Notes under the pieces: model-generated
Told to the model about the DNA's origin: nothing
Database searches by the model: none
Seen by the model: only the letters and a program-made list of their open reading frames with translations
IMG/VR virus record: IMGVR_UViG_3300020514_000008
Coordinates: 1 to 25,270 of that record
Source: a virus
Taxonomy: Duplodnaviria > Caudoviricetes
DNA: 25,270 nt
Strand: one strand, 5' to 3'
Part shown: piece by piece, positions 18,888 to 25,270 of the stretch
Numbering within the stretch: the stretch's first letter is position 1
Layout: each line of letters opens with the position of its first letter
Translations under genes and position numbers: made by a program

Positions 18888-19078
18888 CAGCCACCGAGGA
18901 GCGAGGTGCGACCGGTGGGCATGCCGCCTGTCAGCCCGCTCGCGCCGGTCAACAGACTCCCGCCCGTCATGCCGCCTGCGCGGTTGCGCTTACCCATAGC
19001 CTTGAGATCCACGTCCGGCGGCTTCAGCGGCTGCGGGGGCGGCGGAGGGTCGGGCATCTTGGGGGATTTCATGCACAT
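18887..19078 (-). CDS. Small Pro-rich virion protein preceding the portal
   Basis: MCMKSPKMPDPPPPP...SLLTG...SLLGG, typical pre-portal gene of such podophages; TGATG overlap with the portal start. Confidence 0.8.
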   Translation of the reverse strand: MCMKSPKMPDPPPPPQPLKPPDVDLKAMGKRNRAGGMTGGSLLTGASGLTGGMPTGRTSLLGG

Positions 19079-19109
19079 GGCGGCACGGGTCTCCGAGTGT
19101 CTGCGGCCG

Positions 19110-19142
19110 ATTGTGCGGCAGCGCTCTCGGCGTCACGGACAC
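19110..19142 (-). promoter_or_regulatory. Putative late promoter copy 3: GTGTCCGTGACG-N15-CACAAT
   Basis: 12-mer at 19131-19142 directly after the terL stop, -10-like box at 19110-19115. Confidence 0.72.
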
Positions 19143-20468
19143 TCAGAGGCGGGCGTAGGGGTCGTGATCCAGTGCGGAGAGCTCATCGCGCACCGCGATG
19201 CCCATGCGCTCGGCGCGCGCCCGCACGGTCTCGGCACGGTGCACCGGATAGCTGAACGTGAGTGCCAGGGCGTCGCCCAAGTCGGGGCTGGGCAGGCCGC
19301 GGCCCTTCAGATCGTCCTTCGATTCCAACTGGATCTTGTCCGCGGGCGTGAACTTGTACGTGGGCGAGGCGAGGTCTTGCTTGAGATCGACCAGATCGGG
19401 GATCACGCCGCCGGCGGCGAGCCAGTCGCGGAGCTCCCACCAGATCTCGGCGCGCTTGTTCAGAAAGCGGGGATGCTGCGGGGAGCCCGAGAAGTGCACC
19501 TCGACCACGTCGTGATGCAGCGCCCGCAGTCGGTCGATGACGCCCGCCCCGTTGCCCGCGTCGATGAACACCGCGTCAGGCTTCCACTCCTCGATGTGCC
19601 GGGCGACGCGATCGGCAAGCGTCATGTTGTCCAGTCCGCGGTAAACCCACGGCTTGCCGGCAAGCAATCCCTGCCGGGGGAACACCACGCTCCGGTCGTC
19701 GCCAAAGCGCGCAGGATCGACGCCCAGCACCCGACCGGCCCAGGTGTACTGGTCGGGGCGCACGTGGCGCTTGCAGGCCTCCTGCACGAGCGTGAGGCTG
19801 ATCAACTGGTCCTCGCCCGCGGCGCTGAAGTCACAGAGCATCTCGCGGCGGAAGGTGTTGTCGTCGACCGAGGCCTGGTAGTTCGCGACCTCGCGCGGAT
19901 CGAGCGCCTCGGTGTCGTGCACCGTGTAAAGCGCGGCGTGCCAGTCGTCTAGCTCACGGGCGCGGAAGAACAACTCGGAAAAGAGATTCACGCCGTGAGG
20001 GGTGCCGATGAACATCGCCCAGCCCATGCGGTCAGCCAGCGCCGGGCGCAGTACCTCGAGCCAGGCCTCGGGCTTCACGTCCGCGACCTCGTCGATCACC
20101 AACCCGTCCACGCGCAGTCCGCGCATCGCATCGGGGTTGTCCGCACCGTACACGCGGATCGTGGCGCCGTTGTGCAGTTTGATCGAGAGCTCGGACTCGT
20201 TCACGGTGCAGAGCCCGTGCTCGACCAGGGGGGAGACAATCTGCCGGAGCCGCGACCAGGCGATCGCGCGCGCCTGGCGCAGGAAGGGGGCGACGTACAG
20301 GAACAGGCCAAGGGGCTTGTCAAAGCGCAATGCGCTGTCCAGCAACTGGCGCAGTGCCAACTCGGTCTTGCCGGCTCTCCTGTGCAACGCGAGCACCGTG
20401 AAGCGCCGGCGCTGCTGGTGGACCTCGCGCTGCCAGGCGCGGGGCCGGTAGCCCAGATCGATGTTCAG
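19143..20468 (-). CDS. terL: Terminase large subunit (probable CTG start at 20468; first canonical start is GTG 20396)
   Basis: Walker A HRRAGKT, Walker B LVIDE, coupling motif IGTP, nuclease LGVDPARFGDD and SPDLGDALALTF. The open frame extends upstream through IDLGYRPRAWQREVH. Confidence 0.92.
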   Translation of the reverse strand: MNIDLGYRPRAWQREVHQQRRRFTVLALHRRAGKTELALRQLLDSALRFDKPLGLFLYVAPFLRQARAIAWSRLRQIVSPLVEHGLCTVNESELSIKLHNGATIRVYGADNPDAMRGLRVDGLVIDEVADVKPEAWLEVLRPALADRMGWAMFIGTPHGVNLFSELFFRARELDDWHAALYTVHDTEALDPREVANYQASVDDNTFRREMLCDFSAAGEDQLISLTLVQEACKRHVRPDQYTWAGRVLGVDPARFGDDRSVVFPRQGLLAGKPWVYRGLDNMTLADRVARHIEEWKPDAVFIDAGNGAGVIDRLRALHHDVVEVHFSGSPQHPRFLNKRAEIWWELRDWLAAGGVIPDLVDLKQDLASPTYKFTPADKIQLESKDDLKGRGLPSPDLGDALALTFSYPVHRAETVRARAERMGIAVRDELSALDHDPYARL

Positions 20469-20872
20469 ACCAGATCGCTCCCTGGATCCGGCACGCCCGT
20501 CTGCACCACGATCTGCGCCTGCACGGGGCCGCCGTTGGCGCCCACGAGCTCGGTCTTGCGTGCCTCGCGGTAGTCGTCAGGGAAGCGCGCTGCCATCGAG
20601 CGGGACCAGACCTGCGCATTGAGCCTCGCGCCCTCGCGGTCCTCCCAGATGCCCGCTGCCGCCTGATCCTCCCACCACGCCAGCGCCAAGTCCCGTGCGC
20701 GCTTCATCGCGTCAGCAAATTCGGGGTGACGATCCATCCACTCGTAGAGCGTGATGCGCGCCACGCCGACCGCTGCACCGATCTGCGCATAGGACTTGCC
20801 CAGTTTGCCAAGCTCAATCGCGAGCTCGCAGAACTCGGGGCGGTATGATTCAGGTCGACCAACTTTTGCCAT
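20465..20872 (-). CDS. terS: Terminase small subunit
   Basis: GRPESYRPEFCE, HTH-like QIGAAVGVARITLYEWMDRHPEF, C-terminal ELVGANGGPV; adjacent to terL. Confidence 0.88.
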   Translation of the reverse strand: MAKVGRPESYRPEFCELAIELGKLGKSYAQIGAAVGVARITLYEWMDRHPEFADAMKRARDLALAWWEDQAAAGIWEDREGARLNAQVWSRSMAARFPDDYREARKTELVGANGGPVQAQIVVQTGVPDPGSDLV

Positions 20873-20879
20873 GACTCAA

Positions 20880-20912
20880 ATCCTATTTCCCCCGGTCCAT
20901 CGTCACGGACAC
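20880..20912 (-). promoter_or_regulatory. Putative late promoter copy 4: GTGTCCGTGACG-N15-TAGGAT
   Basis: 12-mer at 20901-20912, -10-like box at 20880-20885, 7 nt before the terS ATG. Confidence 0.75.
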
Positions 20913-21137
20913 GCGGATCAGCCGCGCATCCCACTGCCCGCGTCGGTGGCCGTGCACGATCTTCCAGACGCATTCCTTGCTCACCTCGAACTTCTCCGCG
21001 ATCTTGGAGAGCGTGAGCCCCTCATCGCGCAGTGCGCAGATCAGCTCGACATCGTGATCGGTGAGCGTGGTGTTCTGATGCGACTCGCCGATGCGTCTGC
21101 CCTGTTCGTTCACCTTGATGTTTTTTGCACGTATCAC
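20883..21137 (-). CDS. Small HTH DNA-binding protein (candidate late transcription activator)
   Basis: GTG at 21137 with GGGGAGGG RBS 8 nt upstream; GESHQNTTLTDHDVELI...GLTLSKIAEKFEVSKECVWKIVHG HTH pattern. Confidence 0.75.
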   Translation of the reverse strand: MIRAKNIKVNEQGRRIGESHQNTTLTDHDVELICALRDEGLTLSKIAEKFEVSKECVWKIVHGHRRGQWDARLIRVSVTMDRGK

Positions 21138-21249
21138 GCATCCAACCCTCCCCGTGGCCATCGTGCGATTTTTTGCACAGAGCGCAGAACTGCGGTGCCC
21201 CCGTGCCAGTACCCCATTTCCCCAGTCCCACCCACTCCACCCCGATGCC

Positions 21250-21357
21250 ATGCCACACAGCCACACCCCCTAAAGGGGGTGGTGTGGCTAAGTGGCATTC
21301 CAGGCATCTTCGCCACACCGCCACACGTGGCCACGTGTGGGTTCGTGTGGCGTGTGG
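21250..21357. repeat. GCCACAC/GTGTGGC repeat and palindrome cluster; putative replication origin
   Basis: Perfect 20-bp palindrome CCACACGTGGCCACGTGTGG at 21321-21340; imperfect hairpin 21250-21298 centred on CCCCC-TAAA-GGGGG; non-coding gap right after the primase-helicase gene. Confidence 0.7.
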
Positions 21358-21374
21358 ATGCAATGTTTTGCACG

Positions 21375-23339
21375 TCAGGCACTCACCGTGATGAAGCCCA
21401 AATCGTCCAAGCTGCAATGAATCGCAGACTCCAACAGGTGATTTACCGCACGTTTGGCTTTCTCGCGGCGCCGATCGCGCTCCCCTGGCACCACCGGCAA
21501 GCGCTCCACCACCCCGCTGATCACCGCCTCCACGCTCGCCATGCCCCCTGCCAACTGCTCGGCAACGTCTAGTGCGATGCGCTCAACGGTGCCCAACTTG
21601 GGCGCTTTCGGGGCCGGCGTGGGCACCGCGGTCTCGACCACCACGCAACTGGTGATGGGGTCCAGATCCTCATCCACACCGAGCTCCACGACCTCCAGAT
21701 CGAAGCCCCAGACGAGCGAATCCTCGCCGTCCTTTTGCTTGGTGAGACGCAACAGGCGCCCGGCCTCCTCGCGCACGACCTCGAGCTCGGCATCGCACGC
21801 GGCGCGGATCCCTGACCATCCCCTGGCGCCCTTGCTGCTGTCCTTGCCCGCGTGGTGCACCAGCATCACGCACGCGCCCGTGTGGCGGTGGAGCGCTTTG
21901 CAATGGCCTAAGGCCTTGCCCATGTCTTCACCCGCGTTCTCGTTCGCGCCCGCGGTGACCTGCGCGAAGGTGTCGACGATGATCAGCGCAGCGCCCCCTG
22001 ACACCGTGATCGCCGCGGCGACCTCGGCGGCATCGGACTTGTCGAGAAAATTGGGCGCGGCATGGATCACGCCGAGATCAAGGGTGGCAAGATCCACCCC
22101 TCGCGCCTCGGAGAGCGCCCGCAGGCGCTTCCTGAAGCCCCCTGCACCCTCGGCGGCGATGTAGACCACCCTGCCCCGCTTCGTGCGCTTCCCGCGCCAC
22201 GGCAGCCCCTGGGCCACGGCGCCTGCGAGATCGAGCGCCAGGAAGGATTTGCCCGCACCGCTTGCGCCGTAGAGCACCACGAGCTCCGCCTGGGGCAGCA
22301 CGTCCTTGATGATCCACGCGGGTTGGGCGCCCGTGCTGAAGGTGTGCGCGGGCAGCACGGGGAACCGCAGCGGCTTCTGCTCCGCGGTCTGCTCGACGGC
22401 GTCCTCCACCAGTGCGTCAAACTCCTCGGGACTGGCAGGCCCTGAGAGGCTGATGCCGGCCCCCCTCTCGTTCGCCATCGCGATCAGTGAAGCGCCGGTG
22501 ACGCTGGCGCCGCCTGAGCGCTTCCCGAAGCTCCGCCAGCGCTCGAGGTCATAGGCACGGCCCGACCACTTCGGCGAGCGCGCGCTCCAGCGCTCCCAAA
22601 GCTCAAAGCCCTTGCCCTTGGTCTCGGCGTGGATCGCCATCCCGACGCGCAGCCACTGGTCGTACCCCATGCCGGGATCGAGCGCATCCAGCGCGCGCTG
22701 GATCGTGTCTTCAGAAAGCCCGACGGGTGAGGTCGCCTCGCGCTCGGTGGACACCACGCCGATGCGGGCCGCGTGCAGGGCGCGCAGCGCCGAGGGCAAC
22801 GGGGAGATCGTGTCCTCGAGCCCCAGCACCGAGCACCCTGGCACCGCGTTGCCGGTGAAGGTCACGTAGCCCGCGGTGCTGAAGAACTCGAGCCCGTAGG
22901 TGCCCGGCGCGCTGCGCGCCTTGCCATTGCCCAGGTGGCCCTCGAAGAAAAGCCGTATGCCTTTGCCGGAAGGCGAAAACTCGGCATAGGTCTCGACCAG
23001 CAAGGGCTCGATGTCGGCGTGCACCTTGCCGCCGGTGACGCAATTGTCGACATCGACCGCGCAGACGCCCCACTGGGGCAGCGTGGCAAAGCCCACCCCG
23101 TCGAAGCCCCGGCGGACAGCCGCGGCGCGCGCAGCGTCGAACGTGACGAGGCCTGCCAGATCAGACGCACTGCCCTGCTCGCCCGAGCGTTTGGCACCGG
23201 AAGCGTAGTAGGGCACTTTGCGGGGCTTCTCGCCGCCGTCCTCGAAGCGCCAGATCACCCAGGCGGGGAGATCGCGGATCCTGGTCGGGGCGTGCAGGTC
23301 GTAGAGGTGCGGCGTGATGCGGGTGACGTTGCTCATCAT
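21375..23339 (-). CDS. Primase-polymerase (AEP, NrS-1-like) / PriCT-2 / RepA-type AAA helicase fusion
   Basis: [20 protein letters not shown] and YVTFTG; PriCT-2-like [12 protein letters not shown]...WERWS; Walker A GASGAGKS, Walker [14 protein letters not shown]. Confidence 0.9.
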   Translation of the reverse strand: MMSNVTRITPHLYDLHAPTRIRDLPAWVIWRFEDGGEKPRKVPYYASGAKRSGEQGSASDLAGLVTFDAARAAAVRRGFDGVGFATLPQWGVCAVDVDNCVTGGKVHADIEPLLVETYAEFSPSGKGIRLFFEGHLGNGKARSAPGTYGLEFFSTAGYVTFTGNAVPGCSVLGLEDTISPLPSALRALHAARIGVVSTEREATSPVGLSEDTIQRALDALDPGMGYDQWLRVGMAIHAETKGKGFELWERWSARSPKWSGRAYDLERWRSFGKRSGGASVTGASLIAMANERGAGISLSGPASPEEFDALVEDAVEQTAEQKPLRFPVLPAHTFSTGAQPAWIIKDVLPQAELVVLYGASGAGKSFLALDLAGAVAQGLPWRGKRTKRGRVVYIAAEGAGGFRKRLRALSEARGVDLATLDLGVIHAAPNFLDKSDAAEVAAAITVSGGAALIIVDTFAQVTAGANENAGEDMGKALGHCKALHRHTGACVMLVHHAGKDSSKGARGWSGIRAACDAELEVVREEAGRLLRLTKQKDGEDSLVWGFDLEVVELGVDEDLDPITSCVVVETAVPTPAPKAPKLGTVERIALDVAEQLAGGMASVEAVISGVVERLPVVPGERDRRREKAKRAVNHLLESAIHCSLDDLGFITVSA

Positions 23340-23899
23340 TGCTCACTCTCCGAGGACGGCACGGATGAAGACTTCCGCGACTTGGCAGACGATCGCATTG
23401 CCGTAGGCGCGCAGTCGTCCCACTCGGTTGGAAATCCCATGAGCCAGCGGGAATGTGCCGGGTTCAACTGGCCGCCACTTGCCATCCCGGCAGAAGAGCC
23501 AGTCAGCATCTCCCCAGTGGCCGTGAGTCGGGCTGGGCCTTGTTGCCTGATGTCCGGCCCTTTGACCAACGCTTCTACGGTATTCAGAGCCCCAGTCCCG
23601 ATAAACTTGGGGCTGCGCCATGACCCGTTTGAGTCCTTCCAGTCCCGTGTTGTTGTTGTTGTCCAGCCCGCCAGCATCACCGCGTCCGCAGGATTCAGAC
23701 CGGGATTCATCCCCCGCCGAATCTTCGCTTCTGGGTCTTCGCCCTTCCCGTTGTTCGTGGTATTCGGCGTCGGCCACCCACCACAATCGCTGTCTGATGT
23801 GCGGCGCGCCGACGCCCGCAGCGCACAGATCCGCCACCCCAACGGCGTATTGCGATACTTCCAGGTCAGTGCGTACAAGGTCGAGCCACTGGAGGCCAT
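23336..23899 (-). CDS. Putative beta polypeptide of the C5 methyltransferase, encoded in an alternative frame inside the alpha gene (start uncertain)
   Basis: Frame encodes WPTP, TRDWKD and motif IX-like [16 protein letters not shown]; its TGA overlaps the primase ATG (ATGA). Confidence 0.6.
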   Translation of the reverse strand: MASSGSTLYALTWKYRNTPLGWRICALRASARRTSDSDCGGWPTPNTTNNGKGEDPEAKIRRGMNPGLNPADAVMLAGWTTTTTRDWKDSNGSWRSPKFIGTGALNTVEALVKGPDIRQQGPARLTATGEMLTGSSAGMASGGQLNPAHSRWLMGFPTEWDDCAPTAMRSSAKSRKSSSVPSSESEQ

Positions 23900-24266
23900 C
23901 CTTGCTGGCAACTTGCTCGCCAAACACGACTGGAGGGCGGCACTCTGCGATGAGGTGGTTGAACGCGGGCCAGAGGTGCCGCTCGTCAGCAAACCCAGCC
24001 CCTTTGCCTGCCGCGGAGAAAGGCTGACAAGGGCAGCTACCTGTCCACACTCTTCTCTCGTCAGGCCAGTGAGCCAAGCGGAGAGCTCGGGACCAAACAC
24101 CGATGCCAGCGAAGAAGTGACACTGGGTGAACTCTCGGAGCTCGGCGGGGTGGATGTCTTCGATGCTGCGCTCGTCGACGATGCCGTCGGCGATGTGTCC
24201 GGCTGCGATGAGTCGTCGAAGCCAGGCGGCAGCGTAGGGGTCGATCTCGTTGTAGTAGGCGGACAT
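23343..24266 (-). CDS. DNA (cytosine-5)-methyltransferase, alpha frame
   Basis: Start moved to ATG 24266 ([10 protein letters not shown]). Motif [46 protein letters not shown]. Confidence 0.92.
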   Translation of the reverse strand: MSAYYNEIDPYAAAWLRRLIAAGHIADGIVDERSIEDIHPAELREFTQCHFFAGIGVWSRALRLAHWPDERRVWTGSCPCQPFSAAGKGAGFADERHLWPAFNHLIAECRPPVVFGEQVASKDGLQWLDLVRTDLEVSQYAVGVADLCAAGVGAPHIRQRLWWVADAEYHEQREGRRPRSEDSAGDESRSESCGRGDAGGLDNNNNTGLEGLKRVMAQPQVYRDWGSEYRRSVGQRAGHQATRPSPTHGHWGDADWLFCRDGKWRPVEPGTFPLAHGISNRVGRLRAYGNAIVCQVAEVFIRAVLGE

Positions 24267-24267
24267 G

Positions 24268-24567
24268 TCACGCGCGCGCCTCCAGCACCACCACCTCGGC
24301 ACGCGCACCGAGCGCTTTGCGCGCGTAGTCGCAGTTGGCGCAGGCATCCGAGAGATCGGTGCGGTAGAGCCTGGGCAGCCGGCCCTTGGAGCTCCGTGCC
24401 ATCTCGGCCGTGACGCGCTCGATCTCGCCAGCCCGGTCCGCCGAGCACTGGCGGTGACCGGACGCGTACTGGTACAACGTCGCCCGCGAGGTGCCCACCC
24501 GCTCGGCCAAGGCCGCCTGCTCGTCGGCCGAGGCCAAACTCATCCAGATGTGTAAGGGGGACCTCAT
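24268..24567 (-). CDS. Cro/YdaS-like HTH regulator
   Basis: [26 protein letters not shown]; divergent from the repressor and first gene of the lytic operon. Confidence 0.82.
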   Translation of the reverse strand: MRSPLHIWMSLASADEQAALAERVGTSRATLYQYASGHRQCSADRAGEIERVTAEMARSSKGRLPRLYRTDLSDACANCDYARKALGARAEVVVLEARA

Positions 24568-24655
24568 ACGTGCGCATCCTGATTGCTGTTTGGACGTAGT
24601 GTAGCAAACAGTACACGGATTGCATCAATTGCTTGAATGGGATAGTTTCACGTCC
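24568..24655. promoter_or_regulatory. Divergent immunity control region
   Basis: AT-richer 88-bp gap. Plus strand TTGCAT-N17-TAGTTT (24620-24648); minus strand extended -10-like TGC-TACACT; inverted repeat CTGTTTG-N12-CAAACAG (24586-24611). Confidence 0.7.
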
Positions 24656-25084
24656 ATGAGCACAAACCCTGTCTATGCCGTCCGCCTCGAGAACCTGCGC
24701 CACCTGATCCGCCAGTGGGACGGGCCGGGCAACCTCGCGCGCAAACTCGGCCACGCGAATGCCTCGTTCGTGGTGCAGCTCGCGGGGCCCAATCCCAGGC
24801 GGCGGATCTCGGAGAAGGTCGCGCGCGACATCGAGGCGTGTTTGAAATTGTCCGCCGGTTGGATGGACGAACCGCACAAGGATGCGCCGCTGCAAATTGA
24901 CGATACGTTCTTGCGCGAGTGCGTGCGGATGGTGTCGCAATGCGTGCGTGACGCGCATCTCACGCTGGATCCCGACGTTGTTGCAAACCTGACGTCACTG
25001 AGCTATGAACATGCTCGGGCGGTGGGAAGCATCGACCGCGTGTTTGTGGAAAGCCTTCTCGAATTGATCAAAACAAAGCACTGA
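24656..25084 (+). CDS. cI-like phage repressor (HTH, no S24 peptidase domain)
   Basis: Start moved to ATG 24656; RLENLRHLI...[16 protein letters not shown]...[21 protein letters not shown] matches phage repressor N-domains. Confidence 0.82.
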   Translation: MSTNPVYAVRLENLRHLIRQWDGPGNLARKLGHANASFVVQLAGPNPRRRISEKVARDIEACLKLSAGWMDEPHKDAPLQIDDTFLRECVRMVSQCVRDAHLTLDPDVVANLTSLSYEHARAVGSIDRVFVESLLELIKTKH

Positions 25085-25100
25085 TTAGGAGAGAGCTGGT

Positions 25101-25268
25101 ATGAAGTTGGATGGAATCAATGAACTGATCGCTCAGCGTGCGAAGTTCCTGATCGAGTCTGAGAAGTTGTTGGAAGATTCGACATGGCTGCTGTGTGAGC
25201 GCGTGCGGTATTTGACATGGGCGATCACCGCTCTCACCGTCACTCAGGTGGGTCTGCGGTTCATTTGA
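25101..25268 (+). CDS. Small 55-aa protein with hydrophobic C-terminus
   Basis: AGGAGA RBS, then MKLDGINELIAQRAKFLIESEKLLEDSTWLLCERVRYLTWAITALTVTQVGLRFI*; not in the ORF track. Confidence 0.6.
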   Translation: MKLDGINELIAQRAKFLIESEKLLEDSTWLLCERVRYLTWAITALTVTQVGLRFI

Positions 25269-25270
25269 CC

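Larger units (their letters stand above)
1..25270. mobile_element. Temperate podovirus-like phage/prophage (BPP-1-like structural module plus lambdoid-style immunity switch); both ends lie outside the window
   Basis: Co-oriented terminase, portal, scaffold, capsid, tail tubular A/B and internal virion genes, with a primase-helicase and a divergent repressor/Cro pair. No host housekeeping genes, att site or integrase seen. Confidence 0.95.

Noticed and set aside
17154-19952. 932-aa plus-strand ORF, and other long plus-strand ORFs (240-1484, 539-2029, 4711-6144, 14605-15834, 22773-24413)
   Set aside because: Antisense shadows of well-supported minus-strand genes in GC-rich DNA; no recognisable motifs.
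21250-21357. CRISPR array or tRNA
   Set aside because: Repeats are only 6-8 bp with no regular spacers, and no cloverleaf is evident.
21022-21417. Short ORFs across the origin-like region (21022-21417, 21134-21382, and the 21138-21266 extension of the HTH gene)
   Set aside because: They translate repeat DNA and lack motifs; the RBS supports a start at 21137.
24586-24611. LexA SOS box
   Set aside because: CTGT and ACAG are 18 nt apart rather than the canonical 8.
23900-24958. Upstream part of the 540-aa ORF 23336-24958
   Set aside because: It crosses the Cro gene, the control region and the antisense strand of the repressor, and its translation is low-complexity. Only the 3' part has methyltransferase motifs.
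1-25270. Diversity-generating retroelement, as in BPP-1
   Set aside because: No reverse transcriptase and no TR/VR repeat pair noticed in this window; one could lie outside it.

Overview
The whole window is part of a GC-rich temperate podovirus-like (pro)phage with a Bordetella BPP-1/T7-like virion gene order. Almost every real gene is on the minus strand. From right to left: an immunity switch (cI-like repressor on +, Cro-like gene on -), a C5 cytosine methyltransferase, a primase-polymerase/helicase, a repeat-rich putative origin, a small HTH protein, terminase subunits, portal, a metallophosphoesterase, scaffold, major capsid, capsid cement, an accessory fibre/lectin block, tail tubular proteins A and B, and internal virion proteins. 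The last is a giant ejection/polyvalent protein (>1368 codons, absent from the ORF track) that runs off the left edge. Main observations: (1) an exact 12-mer GTGTCCGTGACG occurs four times, always 15 nt upstream of a TAnnnT-like -10 box in front of late gene blocks, suggesting an activator-dependent late promoter with a candidate activator next to it; (2) the methyltransferase appears to be split over two overlapping reading frames, with motif IX in the second frame; (3) terL seems to need a CTG start or a frameshift; (4) the giant protein carries an inserted ADP-ribosyltransferase-like cassette and a HhH-glycosylase-like domain. All family assignments come from motifs recognised by eye; no database search was run.
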